Program-made: the position numbers and the translations under genes
Origin: Gammaproteobacteria bacterium
GTDB lineage: Bacteria > Pseudomonadota > Gammaproteobacteria > CAJXQU01
Length of the DNA: 64,000 bases
Direction of reading: 5' to 3'
NCBI GenBank assembly: GCA_965238175.1
Contig: CBDEGZ010000003.1
Location: 2,688,001-2,752,000 of the forward strand
Shown here: positions 52,155-62,940 of the stretch, piece by piece
Layout: every line of letters begins with the position of its first letter
Position numbering within the stretch: the stretch's first letter is position 1
The notes under the pieces: model-generated
Seen by the model: only the letters and a program-made list of their open reading frames with translations
Database searches by the model: none
Told to the model about the DNA's origin: nothing

Positions 52155-52784
52155 TCAACCTTCAGCTTCTAATTCAAATACTTGTATTACTCTCTCTCTA
52201 AACTTATCTAAGTTGAACATGTCTATAAGAAACGTAATATAACCTTGAATATCTTTACCTTTTACATTGAACATAACCTTTGTTTTTAATAATAGGATAT
52301 GATTATTTTCCTCTTCTATACCATCGCTACTTTTGAATATGCTTTTAGTATTACCGTATGCAAATTTAGGTATTTCATTATTGATCTCTTCACCTAACAA
52401 ATCTGCAATACTGCTTAGACAACTAGTCAGAATAATATTACCAACTTCTGTTAGTGCTTCTTGTTCCATCTCAGTCAATACACCAAGTGGCAATTCATCA
52501 CTTATTAGAAGTCGAACCAACTCAAGACTGCCTTCATCAGAAAAAAATATAAAGGCTTCGCCTTCAAAAGCACCCGCAAATTTCTCTCTTACGCCTGTTT
52601 CGGAATTATCTTCTTCACCCGTAAGCGCTCTAGCTGCTGCTTGCCTTTCCAAAACCTCAACATGGGGAATAGACAATTTTATTTCTTGATTAACCATCAG
52701 ACTTAAAGCTGAGGCTGCATGACCAACTCCAATGTTTAAAATCTCTGAAAATGCATCTTTTTCCAAATCAGTTAAAACGACCAT
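52155..52784 (-). CDS. CheC-family phosphatase
   Basis: DAFSEILNIGVGHAASALS and EALTEVGNII (two ExxN motifs). Confidence 0.88.
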   Translation of the reverse strand: MVVLTDLEKDAFSEILNIGVGHAASALSLMVNQEIKLSIPHVEVLERQAAARALTGEEDNSETGVREKFAGAFEGEAFIFFSDEGSLELVRLLISDELPLGVLTEMEQEALTEVGNIILTSCLSSIADLLGEEINNEIPKFAYGNTKSIFKSSDGIEEENNHILLLKTKVMFNVKGKDIQGYITFLIDMFNLDKFRERVIQVFELEAEG

Positions 52785-52787
52785 GAG

Positions 52788-53141
52788 CTATGCTCCTTTT
52801 TCAAGAAAACGAACAACTTTACCTTCTGTAACTGGTTTTCCTATAAAACCAACGCTCGCAGCTTCTGCTTTAACTCGGGTTGCCTCTTGAACATTAGCCC
52901 TCATCATGGATAGCTTTACATTTGGATATAGTCGTCTTAATTCAATACCTAAAGTTAACCCATCCATACCTGGCATGTTCATATCTAAGGTCGCTATATC
53001 AATATCTATGGATCCACACACCTTAGTGTTTCAATGGCATCTGCAGCTTCAAAAATCTCACAATCAGAACATCTGTTTTGGTAAATGCTGTAAATATCAT
53101 TCGAGACATCCGGCTATCATCAACCAATATTTTTTATTCAT
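52788..53141 (-). pseudogene. Frameshifted single-domain response regulator
   Basis: MNKK / ILVDDSRMSRMI / CEIFEAADAIETL / ATLDMNMPGMDG...FIGKP are separated by frame breaks. Confidence 0.8.
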
Positions 53142-53144
53142 TTT

Positions 53145-54938
53145 TCAATCGCCTTTCCAAACGTAATCAACTTCGACCACCTTCCCAAAATCTTCGTAAT
53201 CGAGCCTGTCTGTTAGAGACTTAACAAGTTTAATGCCATGTCCATGAACCCGATCATCTTGTTCACATTCCTCCAATAACCCTTGTGTCGTTTCCACATC
53301 AAACCCATCACCATCATGCGATATACGCACCGTTAAAACACCTCCATCCCCAGAAGGTTTATGCTTTATATTGATCGTGATTGTCCCTTCATCTAATGCG
53401 GCAAGTGCTCTATCACGTTCTTTATAATACTTATCAAAACCATTATCAGAATCAGATTTTAATTTTGAATCAATATCCAGTAAACCATGCTCTAACGCAT
53501 TCGTATATAACTCAGTTATTATCAAATAAATAGTCTTTTGACAGTGGTGCAGCCCCTGTATATCAACGATCATACTGACAATTGATGGAACAACATCTGC
53601 ATGTTTAACCAAGTCAGAATCCACCGTAAAATCCATACTCCAGCTTGCCGCAGGTAGCACTGCCTTTTGGGTTGTTTTTTGAGCATTACCAACTGTGGCG
53701 GGGTCACAAATTATTTCCAATAACGAAATATCATCTGTTTGTGGATGCCCACATGAAAATTCTTCAACATCATTTAATATTTTGCTAAATAAATTTTTAG
53801 TTTCTTTTTCACTACGAATAAGATTATCCAATCTCTTCGTACTATAAAATTCGTCGTTGTGATTTTCAGCCTCTATCACCCCATCTGAATAGAGAAAAAA
53901 TTGATCGCCCTGATCAATTTGAAGTGTTTCACTTACAAATTCAATTTCATGGCTATCAACCACTCCCAGTGGTAAATTAGTTGATGGAATATTTTTTACT
54001 TCTCCAGATATATTTTTACAAAGATATATATCAGGAAGCCCGCCATTCCAAACCAAAGCTTTCGAATGATCTATATTCAACTCAACAAAACCAACTGCCA
54101 GAAAACGTCCAATTGGCAAAATTTCTCTTAGTTTACGATTAACTTCAGAAGCAATTTGATTGATAGAAAATCCTTTTATTGCCATGGTTTTAAAAACATC
54201 AAACACCACCATTCCACCAATTGCCGCACCAAGGCCATGTCCGGTGAAATCACCCAATAAATATATCTGTCCACCATCTGGTTTGTGAGCAACAATGATT
54301 AAGTCACCATTAAGCTGTTGCATAGGTGACAAATAATATTTTATGTTTTTAACATCAAAGGCCTCCTCACGCGTAATCTTTGACAGTATACGTTCAGCAA
54401 TATCAAGATCTGCTGCAACCTCTTGCTCCCGAATATGCAATGCACTATTTTGTACTTGCAATTTCTTATAAACGTCACTATTTCGAAGTGATGCCTCAAC
54501 TTTAGCCTTAAGAATAATTGGACTATAGGGCTTTGATATAACATCATCACCACCCACTTCAACACACTTTACTAGTGCATGTTCATCAGTAATTGCTGTA
54601 AGAAAAAAAATAGGTAAATTAGTAGATTGCTGTTCAGACCTTATTATTTTAGTTGCTTCATAGCCGTCCATAACTGGCATCATAACGTCCATTAAGATCA
54701 TGTCTGGTTGTTCTGCTCTGAACATATCAACAGCTTCTTGACCATCATCCGCAACAATAACGTTGTATCCTAACTTCGATAACATTCCTTTTAGTACAAC
54801 CTGATTCGCCGCATTGTCGTCTACAATAAGTAATGTATATTTTTTATTCAGATCAATCTGATCGACAACTGAGTTGTCGCCAGAGACCAACTCAGAAACT
54901 ACATCTTTCTCATATTCAGAAATTGGCAACATTCGCAC
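53145..54938 (-). CDS. Receiver + PP2C (SpoIIE) phosphatase + HATPase protein (HsbR-like)
   Basis: LIVDDN/LMDVMMP receiver, GDFTGHGLGAA and YSDGV PP2C, ELYTNALEHG...DGDGF kinase. Confidence 0.9.
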   Translation of the reverse strand: MRMLPISEYEKDVVSELVSGDNSVVDQIDLNKKYTLLIVDDNAANQVVLKGMLSKLGYNVIVADDGQEAVDMFRAEQPDMILMDVMMPVMDGYEATKIIRSEQQSTNLPIFFLTAITDEHALVKCVEVGGDDVISKPYSPIILKAKVEASLRNSDVYKKLQVQNSALHIREQEVAADLDIAERILSKITREEAFDVKNIKYYLSPMQQLNGDLIIVAHKPDGGQIYLLGDFTGHGLGAAIGGMVVFDVFKTMAIKGFSINQIASEVNRKLREILPIGRFLAVGFVELNIDHSKALVWNGGLPDIYLCKNISGEVKNIPSTNLPLGVVDSHEIEFVSETLQIDQGDQFFLYSDGVIEAENHNDEFYSTKRLDNLIRSEKETKNLFSKILNDVEEFSCGHPQTDDISLLEIICDPATVGNAQKTTQKAVLPAASWSMDFTVDSDLVKHADVVPSIVSMIVDIQGLHHCQKTIYLIITELYTNALEHGLLDIDSKLKSDSDNGFDKYYKERDRALAALDEGTITINIKHKPSGDGGVLTVRISHDGDGFDVETTQGLLEECEQDDRVHGHGIKLVKSLTDRLDYEDFGKVVEVDYVWKGD

Positions 54939-54979
54939 TTACTCAATTAAATTGATTACAGTTTTACTTGAGTCGAGTT

Positions 54980-55282
54980 TTATTCAACCGTCATTAATTT
55001 ATCAAAATTTGCGATCTTTAATATTTCTTTAATATTAGAATCCGCATTTGCAATCGTCACTGATTCCTTTCGACCGCCGGCATGTTCACGTAATTGCAGT
55101 AACATTCCTAATGCTGAGCTATCCATATATGATGCACCTTGCAAATCGACAACATAATTGCACCCTGCTTCATCACCTTTATACACATCGCGAAGATCTT
55201 TATGTATATTGAAATCAAATCGATCCGTGATTTGAATTCTCTTAGTTTTACCATCACCAATAGACTGTGCTGAAATTGACAT
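54980..55282 (-). CDS. STAS anti-sigma-factor antagonist (HsbA-like)
   Basis: RFDF..H, YMDSSALGMLL.LR phosphoserine motif, ILKIANFDKL. Confidence 0.9.
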   Translation of the reverse strand: MSISAQSIGDGKTKRIQITDRFDFNIHKDLRDVYKGDEAGCNYVVDLQGASYMDSSALGMLLQLREHAGGRKESVTIANADSNIKEILKIANFDKLMTVE

Positions 55283-55307
55283 AAGTATTACTCCTTTGTT
55301 TACTTAT

Positions 55308-56510
55308 TTAAAATAGTTCAACGTCACCTTCTGACATCGATTCCTGAGATGCTGGACTACCTGGATGTTCCAAGGATTGTTCAACAAAAATATTTAATTT
55401 GTTCCGAATACTTGCAATTGACTCATCGGAATTTGATTCGGCATATGATTCCACTTCAGATTCAAAATCATTAATAAATTTCTCAATCTCACTCATACGT
55501 CCTTCAGCATGTTCACTAACCTGTCGAACAATATCTTCAAATTGCAAGCTTCTAATTGCAGTAGATGTTCTCTCACCAATACTGTCTGCAAGATCTGTTG
55601 CTTCTTTAACAGAAGACTCCACTGAAGATTCCATTTCTTGCAAACGACCCATCATTTTTTCCACTCGACCTTTACTGGATACGACAACAGTCATATCTTC
55701 TGAAGCTGTTTGGCCGACTAAATCACGGGTTTTATTGATCGCGTATTTTGCAGCAACCATTTTTGTTTTTATCTGATCATTAAACTGATTTGATCTAACT
55801 GATAAATTTCTTACTTCGTCAGCGACAACTGCAAAACCTCGACCAGCCTCGCCCGCACGTGCTGCTTCAATAGCAGCGTTTAATGCTAAAAGGTTAGTCT
55901 GTTCGGCAATTGATTTAACATCAGAAAGTAGGACAAAAATATCATCCACTTGATCTGCCATATCATCAATTCCTGTAACAGTCTTCATACTGTTCAGACT
56001 GCCTGAAACCATAAACTCAACGAAATAATTCATGACCAATGTTGTTTCATCTATAAATTTCTTTATCGTTAAATGATCATCTGATATCTCTTCTTCAACA
56101 TCTTCTTCATGCATGTTATTCAGTAGTGTATGCATCATGTCGCTTTGAGCCTGACTAACATTATGCAAACCGCTAAAGCTATCCGTTAAACGATGTACAG
56201 ACTCTCCAACCAGCTGTCTTATTTGTTGATACGAAGCCTGTTGCTCAGTCATCTCTTTGATCATTTGACGGTTTACATCTCCGACAACAGAGAAAAATTC
56301 AGTGTCACTATTTATTTGTCCTTCCACTGAAGTATTGTCAAGTTTTTCTAGAGAACGTTTTGGTTGCTTTACTGCTGACATCATCCAAACACATGTCATA
56401 ACTACCAACAGCATAATCGTTGTTTGACCTACATTTGACCAGATAGCAAATCCCATACAGAATCCACTCACTAATATTGCGACACGATTATGCTTAAATA
56501 AACGTTTCAC
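55308..56510 (-). CDS. Methyl-accepting chemotaxis protein (short, N-terminal hydrophobic anchor)
   Basis: [40 protein letters not shown]-terminal GDVELF. Confidence 0.92.
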   Translation of the reverse strand: MKRLFKHNRVAILVSGFCMGFAIWSNVGQTTIMLLVVMTCVWMMSAVKQPKRSLEKLDNTSVEGQINSDTEFFSVVGDVNRQMIKEMTEQQASYQQIRQLVGESVHRLTDSFSGLHNVSQAQSDMMHTLLNNMHEEDVEEEISDDHLTIKKFIDETTLVMNYFVEFMVSGSLNSMKTVTGIDDMADQVDDIFVLLSDVKSIAEQTNLLALNAAIEAARAGEAGRGFAVVADEVRNLSVRSNQFNDQIKTKMVAAKYAINKTRDLVGQTASEDMTVVVSSKGRVEKMMGRLQEMESSVESSVKEATDLADSIGERTSTAIRSLQFEDIVRQVSEHAEGRMSEIEKFINDFESEVESYAESNSDESIASIRNKLNIFVEQSLEHPGSPASQESMSEGDVELF

Positions 56511-56541
56511 TACTCTTTATCTTTATTCATAATTAGTCTCT

Positions 56542-56568
56542 TTATCGGTAAAACTAACTTTATCTTTA
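56542..56568 (-). promoter_or_regulatory. Sigma28 (FliA) promoter for the MCP-STAS-HsbR-like operon
   Basis: Minus strand TAAAGATA-N11-ACCGATAA. Confidence 0.7.
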
Positions 56569-56729
56569 AGAATATTATCGTTACCTAACAAAGACAGCCC
56601 ACATGTGGCCAGAAATAGATATTCATGTGAAATACTATTAAATCAAAAGACAGAAATTGAGTTGTAATTTCAGAATCTTATAAAATGGTTACAACAAGAA
56701 AGTTAACAAACCATTTTCTTGAGTACTTA

Positions 56730-56834
56730 GAGATTGTTGATCTTTCACTAATAATAACTAAACCTCACTCCCTCTACCTTGTTGCGACAAAGAAGCGTCC
56801 CAGCAGTTAGTGCGCATGAAAGATCAACAGCTCC
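56730..56834. mobile_element. MITE (family A, copy 2; opposite orientation, more degenerate)
   Basis: GAGATTGTTGATCTTTCA ... TGAAAGATCAACAGCTCC; interior CCTTGTTGCGACAAAGAAGCGTCCCAGCAG matches the reverse complement of copy 1. Confidence 0.8.
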
Positions 56835-57944
56835 TTAGGCATCCATGAGATCAAACGCTTGTTCTATAATCCTGCCTGCTACTTTACCAAGAGGTTGAAT
56901 TTCATCAGCAGCACCTAGCTTTACAGCTTCGCCAGGCATACCCCAAACCACACTGGTTTTCTCATCCTGCACAATGGTAGGTGAGCCAATTTCCTGCATT
57001 TCTTTGAGTCCCTGAGCACCGTCATTACCCATACCGGTTAAAATTACGCCAACGGCATTTGCACCAACGTTCTGTGCGATCGCTCGAAACATTACATCAA
57101 CTGAAGGTTTATGACGATTTACAGCTGGTCCATCATTTAGACGACAAATAAAACGCGCACCGCTACGCTCTACCAACAAGTGTTTTCCGCCCGGGGCAAT
57201 ATACACATGACCACGTAAAATCTGCTCTCCATCTTCAGCTTCTTTCACATTGACTGCAGTTAATTGATTCACACGTGCCGCAAAAGGCCCACTGAATGCT
57301 CCAGGAATGTGCTGTGAAATAACGGTTGCAGGTGCATCTGCTGGAAATTCTGCCAGCACCTCTTTCAGTGCTTCTGTGCCTCCAGTAGATGAACCTATGG
57401 CGATAATCTTATCTGTCGTTTTGAAAGGTCTCGTTCTTGCCTGTTTACTGATTATTGCATCTGCAGTTCTTGCCGGACCAACATCTGGTAGATCATCTAA
57501 AGTTACTTTCCGTTTTTTCAGGTTGCTAAGAGGTTGAACTTTTGCCTTAGATGCCATTTTGACTTTTTGAATTAACTCTTCAGAATAACTCTTTATAGTA
57601 TTAGTGAAATCTGTTTTTGGTTTAGTAATAAAGTCAACTGCACCAAGCTCCATAGCATCTAAAGTAACGTCTGCCCCCTGCTCTGTCAGCGTAGAAACCA
57701 TCACCACTGGCATAGGTCTAAGACGCATCAGGTTTCGTAAAAAGGTAATCCCATCCATTTCTGGCATTTCCACATCTAACGTCAAAACATCTGGATTTAG
57801 TAATTTTATTTTATTACGCGCAACTACAGGATCTGAAGCGGTACCAACAACGTCGATATTGCTATCAGAATTCAATATTTCTGTTAGCATATTCCTTACT
57901 AGTGCTGAATCATCTATGACTAAAACTTTTATCTTGCCCATCAC
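56835..57944 (-). CDS. cheB: Chemotaxis methylesterase CheB
   Basis: Receiver domain plus [25 protein letters not shown]. Confidence 0.96.
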   Translation of the reverse strand: MMGKIKVLVIDDSALVRNMLTEILNSDSNIDVVGTASDPVVARNKIKLLNPDVLTLDVEMPEMDGITFLRNLMRLRPMPVVMVSTLTEQGADVTLDAMELGAVDFITKPKTDFTNTIKSYSEELIQKVKMASKAKVQPLSNLKKRKVTLDDLPDVGPARTADAIISKQARTRPFKTTDKIIAIGSSTGGTEALKEVLAEFPADAPATVISQHIPGAFSGPFAARVNQLTAVNVKEAEDGEQILRGHVYIAPGGKHLLVERSGARFICRLNDGPAVNRHKPSVDVMFRAIAQNVGANAVGVILTGMGNDGAQGLKEMQEIGSPTIVQDEKTSVVWGMPGEAVKLGAADEIQPLGKVAGRIIEQAFDLMDA

Positions 57945-57972
57945 TCTGATCTCAAATTCTTTTTAAAAACAT

Positions 57973-58623
57973 TTAAAATAATTCTATTTCACCAGCCACT
58001 GGTTCTTCTTCAATAGAGTTTCGATAAGTTGCTTCACGTTCTATAATCGTATTGTTATGAAGACTTTCTAACTTTTTAACTTTTACCTTTCCTGTCATCG
58101 GATCATAAATAACTTTGCGGGGATAGATATCACCAACATCTTCACCAACCACTTCCAGATTTTCCATCTGCAGATATTCTCTAGCAAATGCAATATTTTT
58201 TTTGCCTACATCAGACATGTTTTGAACAATTTGCCCACCGCCAATCAACTTTACCTCAAGATGCTTTCGACTAGCCCCTTCCTTAAGAATATCGTTAATC
58301 ATATGTTCCATTGCGAAGTTACCATAACGTGTTGCTTCACTGTTATTTCCCTTTATCCAGCTGTCACTTCCATCGTCACGACTCATTGGCAACATAAAAT
58401 GGTTCATCCCACCAATACCAAAAAGTTTGCAACGAATACAAGCGGAAATACACGAACCGAGCACCGTTGCAATTACTTCATGGCGCATAGTGACATAATA
58501 TTCACCGGGTAATATTTTTGCTGTCACAACTTGTTGATGCTTATCATAATAACGATTAATTTTTTCAAATCCTGAAAGTGAGGGCTCTATTATGGATTCA
58601 GAATTTACGGCAAAAACTGTCAT
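57973..58623 (-). CDS. cheD: Chemoreceptor glutamine deamidase CheD
   Basis: TVLGSCISAC, GGMNHFMLP, RYGNFAME. Confidence 0.95.
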   Translation of the reverse strand: MTVFAVNSESIIEPSLSGFEKINRYYDKHQQVVTAKILPGEYYVTMRHEVIATVLGSCISACIRCKLFGIGGMNHFMLPMSRDDGSDSWIKGNNSEATRYGNFAMEHMINDILKEGASRKHLEVKLIGGGQIVQNMSDVGKKNIAFAREYLQMENLEVVGEDVGDIYPRKVIYDPMTGKVKVKKLESLHNNTIIEREATYRNSIEEEPVAGEIELF

Positions 58624-58638
58624 TATACTTTCCTTAAA

Positions 58639-59472
58639 CTAAGCGCACTTTTGATAAATCGTGTGTCCCATTAATTTAAAATCCTCTGAAACGTTATGTA
58701 ATGTTTCAGAGTGTCCTATAAACATTTGTCCATGACTTGGTACTACATTTGCAAATTTTTTAAATAAAATTTTCTGTGTTGACTTATCAAAATAAATCAC
58801 CACATTGCGACAAAATAAAACATCAAACGGCCCACTAAACGGCCACTCTTTAAGAAGATTCAGTTGTTTAAAAGAAATCAGTTGTTGTAGTTCAGGAGCA
58901 ACTCGAACATAGCCTGCCTTTGCACCCTTGCCTCGTTTAAACCACTGCTTAATTTGTGCTTTAGATAAACCTTCAATCCTATCCTCACGGTAGACACCTG
59001 TACTAGCTGTGTTTAACACCTCAGAGTCAATATCAGTTGCAAGTATTTTTACATCCCAGGTCTCAATGTCAGAAATAGATTCCATTAAAGTCATTGCAAG
59101 TGAATAAGGTTCTTCTCCAGTTGAGCAACCCGCCGACCAAACACGAATCTTCCTGCTCGAATGATTATGCTGTAACAACCTGGGAATAATTTCTGATTTA
59201 AGATGTTCAAAATGATGTTTCTCTCTGAAAAATGAAGTGAGGTTTGTTGTTACCGCATTAACAAAATTTTCTATTTCCTCAGATCCATCATATTCAACAA
59301 GTTTAAAATACTCATCAAATGATCCGAGCCTTAACTTTCTTAACCTCCTCGCTATCCGCCCATAGATCAATTCTTTTTTCTCATCGGAAATAGTAATACT
59401 TGTATGTTCCAGGATGAGATCTTGGAATTTTTTAAATTGTCTGTCGGTAAACTCGTATTCTCTTTCACTCAT
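58639..59472 (-). CDS. cheR: Chemotaxis methyltransferase CheR
   Basis: TTNLTSFFRE, WSAGCSTGEEPYS, FCRNVVIYF, GHSE. Confidence 0.96.
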   Translation of the reverse strand: MSEREYEFTDRQFKKFQDLILEHTSITISDEKKELIYGRIARRLRKLRLGSFDEYFKLVEYDGSEEIENFVNAVTTNLTSFFREKHHFEHLKSEIIPRLLQHNHSSRKIRVWSAGCSTGEEPYSLAMTLMESISDIETWDVKILATDIDSEVLNTASTGVYREDRIEGLSKAQIKQWFKRGKGAKAGYVRVAPELQQLISFKQLNLLKEWPFSGPFDVLFCRNVVIYFDKSTQKILFKKFANVVPSHGQMFIGHSETLHNVSEDFKLMGHTIYQKCA

Positions 59473-59525
59473 TTCATATCAAACTCATTAATCACGTTTT
59501 TACAGAAGTCTTTGATCGAAACCAT

Positions 59526-60098
59526 TTAAAATAATTCTATTTCACCAACTTCCTGCTCTGGTTTATCTACTTTATAACTTGTGAGTGCTTCCTCTACTGA
59601 AGCTCCCTTGAACATCATATCGAACATGTCGCGTTCCTCTTTCATTGTGTATCCGCTACGGATCTGTTCCTGCAAAGAAGTCCATTCTAAGGGGTTATAG
59701 ATTCGATTTTGATCACACACCAAGCTCCCGAGTGAACTCAAGTTCTTATTGACATGAGAAAGATTCTGACTCAAACGATCATAAAACTGAAAAGCAATAA
59801 TTGCATTTTGGACGTTGTCAGATAGTGTGGTGCATTTTTGATCAATGGTATTCAATAACTCGTCATTTTCTGACTTCTCAACTTGCCCTATTACATTATG
59901 AATATCACTAATAGCTTGCGCCATTATTGTAAACGAACCAGTAAGTGTAGAAACAGACTCGTCTCCATGCGCCATCGTTCCGCTAAGTTGAGCAACCGCC
60001 AAATTAAGCATTTTCACCGTCTCTCTAATTTGACTCCAGTCGAGATCAGGTGCTGTTGAGTGCGAACCTACATTCGCATTTAATGTTGTTTGGTTCAT
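59526..60098 (-). CDS. Uncharacterised helical chemotaxis-cluster protein
   Basis: AFQFYDRLSQ (resembles the LQFxD motif of CheZ-like/atypical MCP tails), YTMKEER, ends GEIELF. Confidence 0.75.
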   Translation of the reverse strand: MNQTTLNANVGSHSTAPDLDWSQIRETVKMLNLAVAQLSGTMAHGDESVSTLTGSFTIMAQAISDIHNVIGQVEKSENDELLNTIDQKCTTLSDNVQNAIIAFQFYDRLSQNLSHVNKNLSSLGSLVCDQNRIYNPLEWTSLQEQIRSGYTMKEERDMFDMMFKGASVEEALTSYKVDKPEQEVGEIELF

Positions 60099-60164
60099 AT
60101 TATTTTCTCTAAATACATATAACTTTTATGTGTATTCCAAATAAATTAAGTTTTAACTTTCTAC

Positions 60165-62027
60165 CTAAAACTCTTCCCACTCATCCCCACCTATACTCTG
60201 ACTGGCCGCCGCCACCTTTTTTGCCGGTCTCACCGGTGCCGGTGCAGCTTGTTGCTGTGGTGCAGACTCTTCCCATGGGCGTCCACCTGTACGGCGTTCA
60301 TTCGCACTGCCTTGTTGTTGATTGCCAGTTTCAAAAAAAGCCATCTGACCCAGCAAGTCACGCGCCTGACTATCCATCGTCTGACTCGCCGCCGCCGCTT
60401 GTTCTACCAGGGCCGCATTTTGCTGCGTGCCTTGATCCATTTGCGTCACCGCTTTGTTCACTTGTTCAATACCCGATGACTGTTCTTGTGAGGCTGCTGC
60501 TATCTCAGCAATAATGTCGCTCACTTGTTTTGCAGATTCGGTGATTTCATCCAGCATCGTGCCTGACTCATCCACCAGACGAGAGCCGTCTTCAACTTTC
60601 TGTACACTGTCGTTAATCAGGTTTTTGATTTCTTTCGCCGCACCCGCACTACGTTGTGCCAGGTTGCGTACTTCTGAGGCAACTACCGCAAATCCACGGC
60701 CTTGCTCACCTGCGCGTGCCGCTTCTACCGCTGCATTTAGAGCCAGCAGGTTGGTCTGGAATGCGATTTCGTCGATGACGCCAATGATGTCGGAGATCTT
60801 ACGACTGGAGTCGTTGATTTCTGACATCGCTGAGACTGCTTCACCCACTACTTCCCGGCCTTTTTCCGCTTGCTCTTTGGAGCTAACAGACAATTGATTC
60901 GCCTGACGTGCATTGTCGGCATTTTGTCGGACAGTTCCTGTCAGTTCTTCCATACTAGACGCCGTTTCTTCTAACGAGGATGCTTGTTGTTCTGTGCGGT
61001 TGCTTAGGTCGTTATTACCTTGTGCAATTTCATTTGCTGAGGTCTGGATGTTAGACGCACCTTCGCGGATCTCACTGACCATTTTTAGCAAGTTGGCCAC
61101 GCAACCATTGACGGAGGATTGCAGGGTTTTAAATTCACCACTGTATTCACCTTCCATTTGTTGCGTCAGGTTACCGTCAGCAATGGAGCTCATCACCCGG
61201 GCTGTTTCTGACATGACGTGTTCTAATTCACGGGCCGCATTTTTTTGTTCGGTAATATTGGTCGCGTATTTAACCACTTTAAAGGGCTTGCCATTTGGAT
61301 CAAATATCGGGTTGTAGGATGCTTGTAACCAAAGTTCAGTTCCGCCTTTACCCATCCGTTGGTATTGACCCGCGCTCAGTTGGCCATTGCCAAGGTTTTT
61401 CCAAAACGATTGGTATTCGACGCTGGCACGTTGCTCTGGGTCAACAAACATACTATGGTGTTTGCCGACGATTTCATCCAGGCTATAGCCAATGGTTGAG
61501 CAGAAGTTTTCGTTCGCCGTTAAGATCGTACCGTCCAATTCAAATTCAATCACCGCTTGTGCTTTGCTTATCGCATCAAGCTGGCCTGAGAAGTCGGCTT
61601 TTTCAATCGTTTCTTGGGTAATGTTACTAGCGTATTTGACCACTTTGAAGGGCTTGCCTTCTGGATCAAGTATCGGATTGTAAGACGCTTGTAACCAGAT
61701 CTCGCTACCGTCTTTGGAGATCCGTTTATATTGGCCAGCATCGAATTGACCACTGCCAAGGTTTTTCCAGAATTGCTGATATTCCGCACTGGCACGTTGC
61801 TCTGGGTCAACAAATAGACTGTGGTGTTTGCCGACAATTTCATCGAGACCGTAACCCACTGTGGCGCAGAAGTTTTCGTTCGCCGTTAAGATTGTGCCGT
61901 CCAGTTCAAATTCAATCACCGCTTGCGCTTTGCTGATCGCAGCGAGCTGGCCCTCGTAATCTGCAAGCTTAAGTCGTTCATCTTCCGCTGTTGCTGCGTC
62001 ATTAGTTATTTTGCTATCTTTTGCCAT
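60165..62027 (-). CDS. Cytoplasmic PAS-PAS-HAMP methyl-accepting chemotaxis protein with C-terminal pentapeptide
   Basis: Two near-identical PAS repeats, [30 protein letters not shown], ends EWEEF. Confidence 0.95.
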   Translation of the reverse strand: MAKDSKITNDAATAEDERLKLADYEGQLAAISKAQAVIEFELDGTILTANENFCATVGYGLDEIVGKHHSLFVDPEQRASAEYQQFWKNLGSGQFDAGQYKRISKDGSEIWLQASYNPILDPEGKPFKVVKYASNITQETIEKADFSGQLDAISKAQAVIEFELDGTILTANENFCSTIGYSLDEIVGKHHSMFVDPEQRASVEYQSFWKNLGNGQLSAGQYQRMGKGGTELWLQASYNPIFDPNGKPFKVVKYATNITEQKNAARELEHVMSETARVMSSIADGNLTQQMEGEYSGEFKTLQSSVNGCVANLLKMVSEIREGASNIQTSANEIAQGNNDLSNRTEQQASSLEETASSMEELTGTVRQNADNARQANQLSVSSKEQAEKGREVVGEAVSAMSEINDSSRKISDIIGVIDEIAFQTNLLALNAAVEAARAGEQGRGFAVVASEVRNLAQRSAGAAKEIKNLINDSVQKVEDGSRLVDESGTMLDEITESAKQVSDIIAEIAAASQEQSSGIEQVNKAVTQMDQGTQQNAALVEQAAAASQTMDSQARDLLGQMAFFETGNQQQGSANERRTGGRPWEESAPQQQAAPAPVRPAKKVAAASQSIGGDEWEEF

Positions 62028-62085
62028 GTGTTTATCCTCTGTCTCTTTATAACGGCGCTACTTCTGTTCTTCTATAGTTAAATCT

Positions 62086-62940
62086 TTACATTCGAAATTC
62101 GTCTTTAAAGCCCATTAATTCTAGTGTCGCTTGAAAAGAATCTGATGGTTCCTGCCAGATCACTTTATTTTCCTTTTTATTAGTATCTTTCATAAAGACG
62201 ACAAGCAATTGCAAAGCTGCTGCATCAACACTTGAAACTTCCGAACAGTTAATTTCCAAATCCTGTCCTTTATCAAAAAATGTTTTAAATTGATCGTGTA
62301 ACTCAGCAACGTCTGCAATTGTGATTATTCCTTCAAGCTTAAATATTTGCATTTCCAACTCCGTATCCTTTTGTTGATCAGTTATTTGTATCACTTCGGT
62401 TGGAGCTTCATCTGAGTCATCAACTAAGGACTCAACAGTCTCTTCAATTTCGGGCTCAAGTTCTTCAACCGCTTCTTCAAACTTATCTTCTTTTAGTGCA
62501 TCTGAAGGTTCTTTTATTTCTTCAGGTTGTGACTTACTAACTTCAAACACGGGTTCTAAATCGTCTTCTGCTAGTCCTTGTGGAAACTTTGTTATTTCAT
62601 CACTTTCTGGTTGAACTTCTTCAACCACTTGCGCTAAATACTCCTCTTCTACAAATTCATTAGGAAATTCAGCTACTTCTCCAGGTTCAGATTTAACTAC
62701 TTCGACTGTTTGCTCTAAAACCTCTTCCGATTTTTCTGGATGAATATCTTGTTGGATCTCATCTACGCTTTCTTCAATGTGATCTTCATCAACTACAAAA
62801 ATATCCTTTGCATCTTCACTTTCTTCCTTTAACCAAGCTAATGGATCAATTCCAATAATCGGTTTTTTATTTGTTCGTTTCTTACCTTCAAAAACTTGAG
62901 CGGCTGGATTAACATTTTCTGTAATTATCTTTTCCATCAT
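62086..62940 (-). CDS. Acidic-linker protein with C-terminal STAS domain
   Basis: Basic N-terminal peptide then IGIDPLAWL, long E/D-rich linker, LEG.ITIADV...VDAAALQLL STAS_2-like domain. Confidence 0.75.
   Translation of the reverse strand: MMEKIITENVNPAAQVFEGKKRTNKKPIIGIDPLAWLKEESEDAKDIFVVDEDHIEESVDEIQQDIHPEKSEEVLEQTVEVVKSEPGEVAEFPNEFVEEEYLAQVVEEVQPESDEITKFPQGLAEDDLEPVFEVSKSQPEEIKEPSDALKEDKFEEAVEELEPEIEETVESLVDDSDEAPTEVIQITDQQKDTELEMQIFKLEGIITIADVAELHDQFKTFFDKGQDLEINCSEVSSVDAAALQLLVVFMKDTNKKENKVIWQEPSDSFQATLELMGFKDEFRM

Noticed and set aside
62050-62080. Sigma28 promoter before the PAS MCP
   Set aside because: A GCCGTTAT -10-like box is present but there is no convincing -35 at the correct spacing
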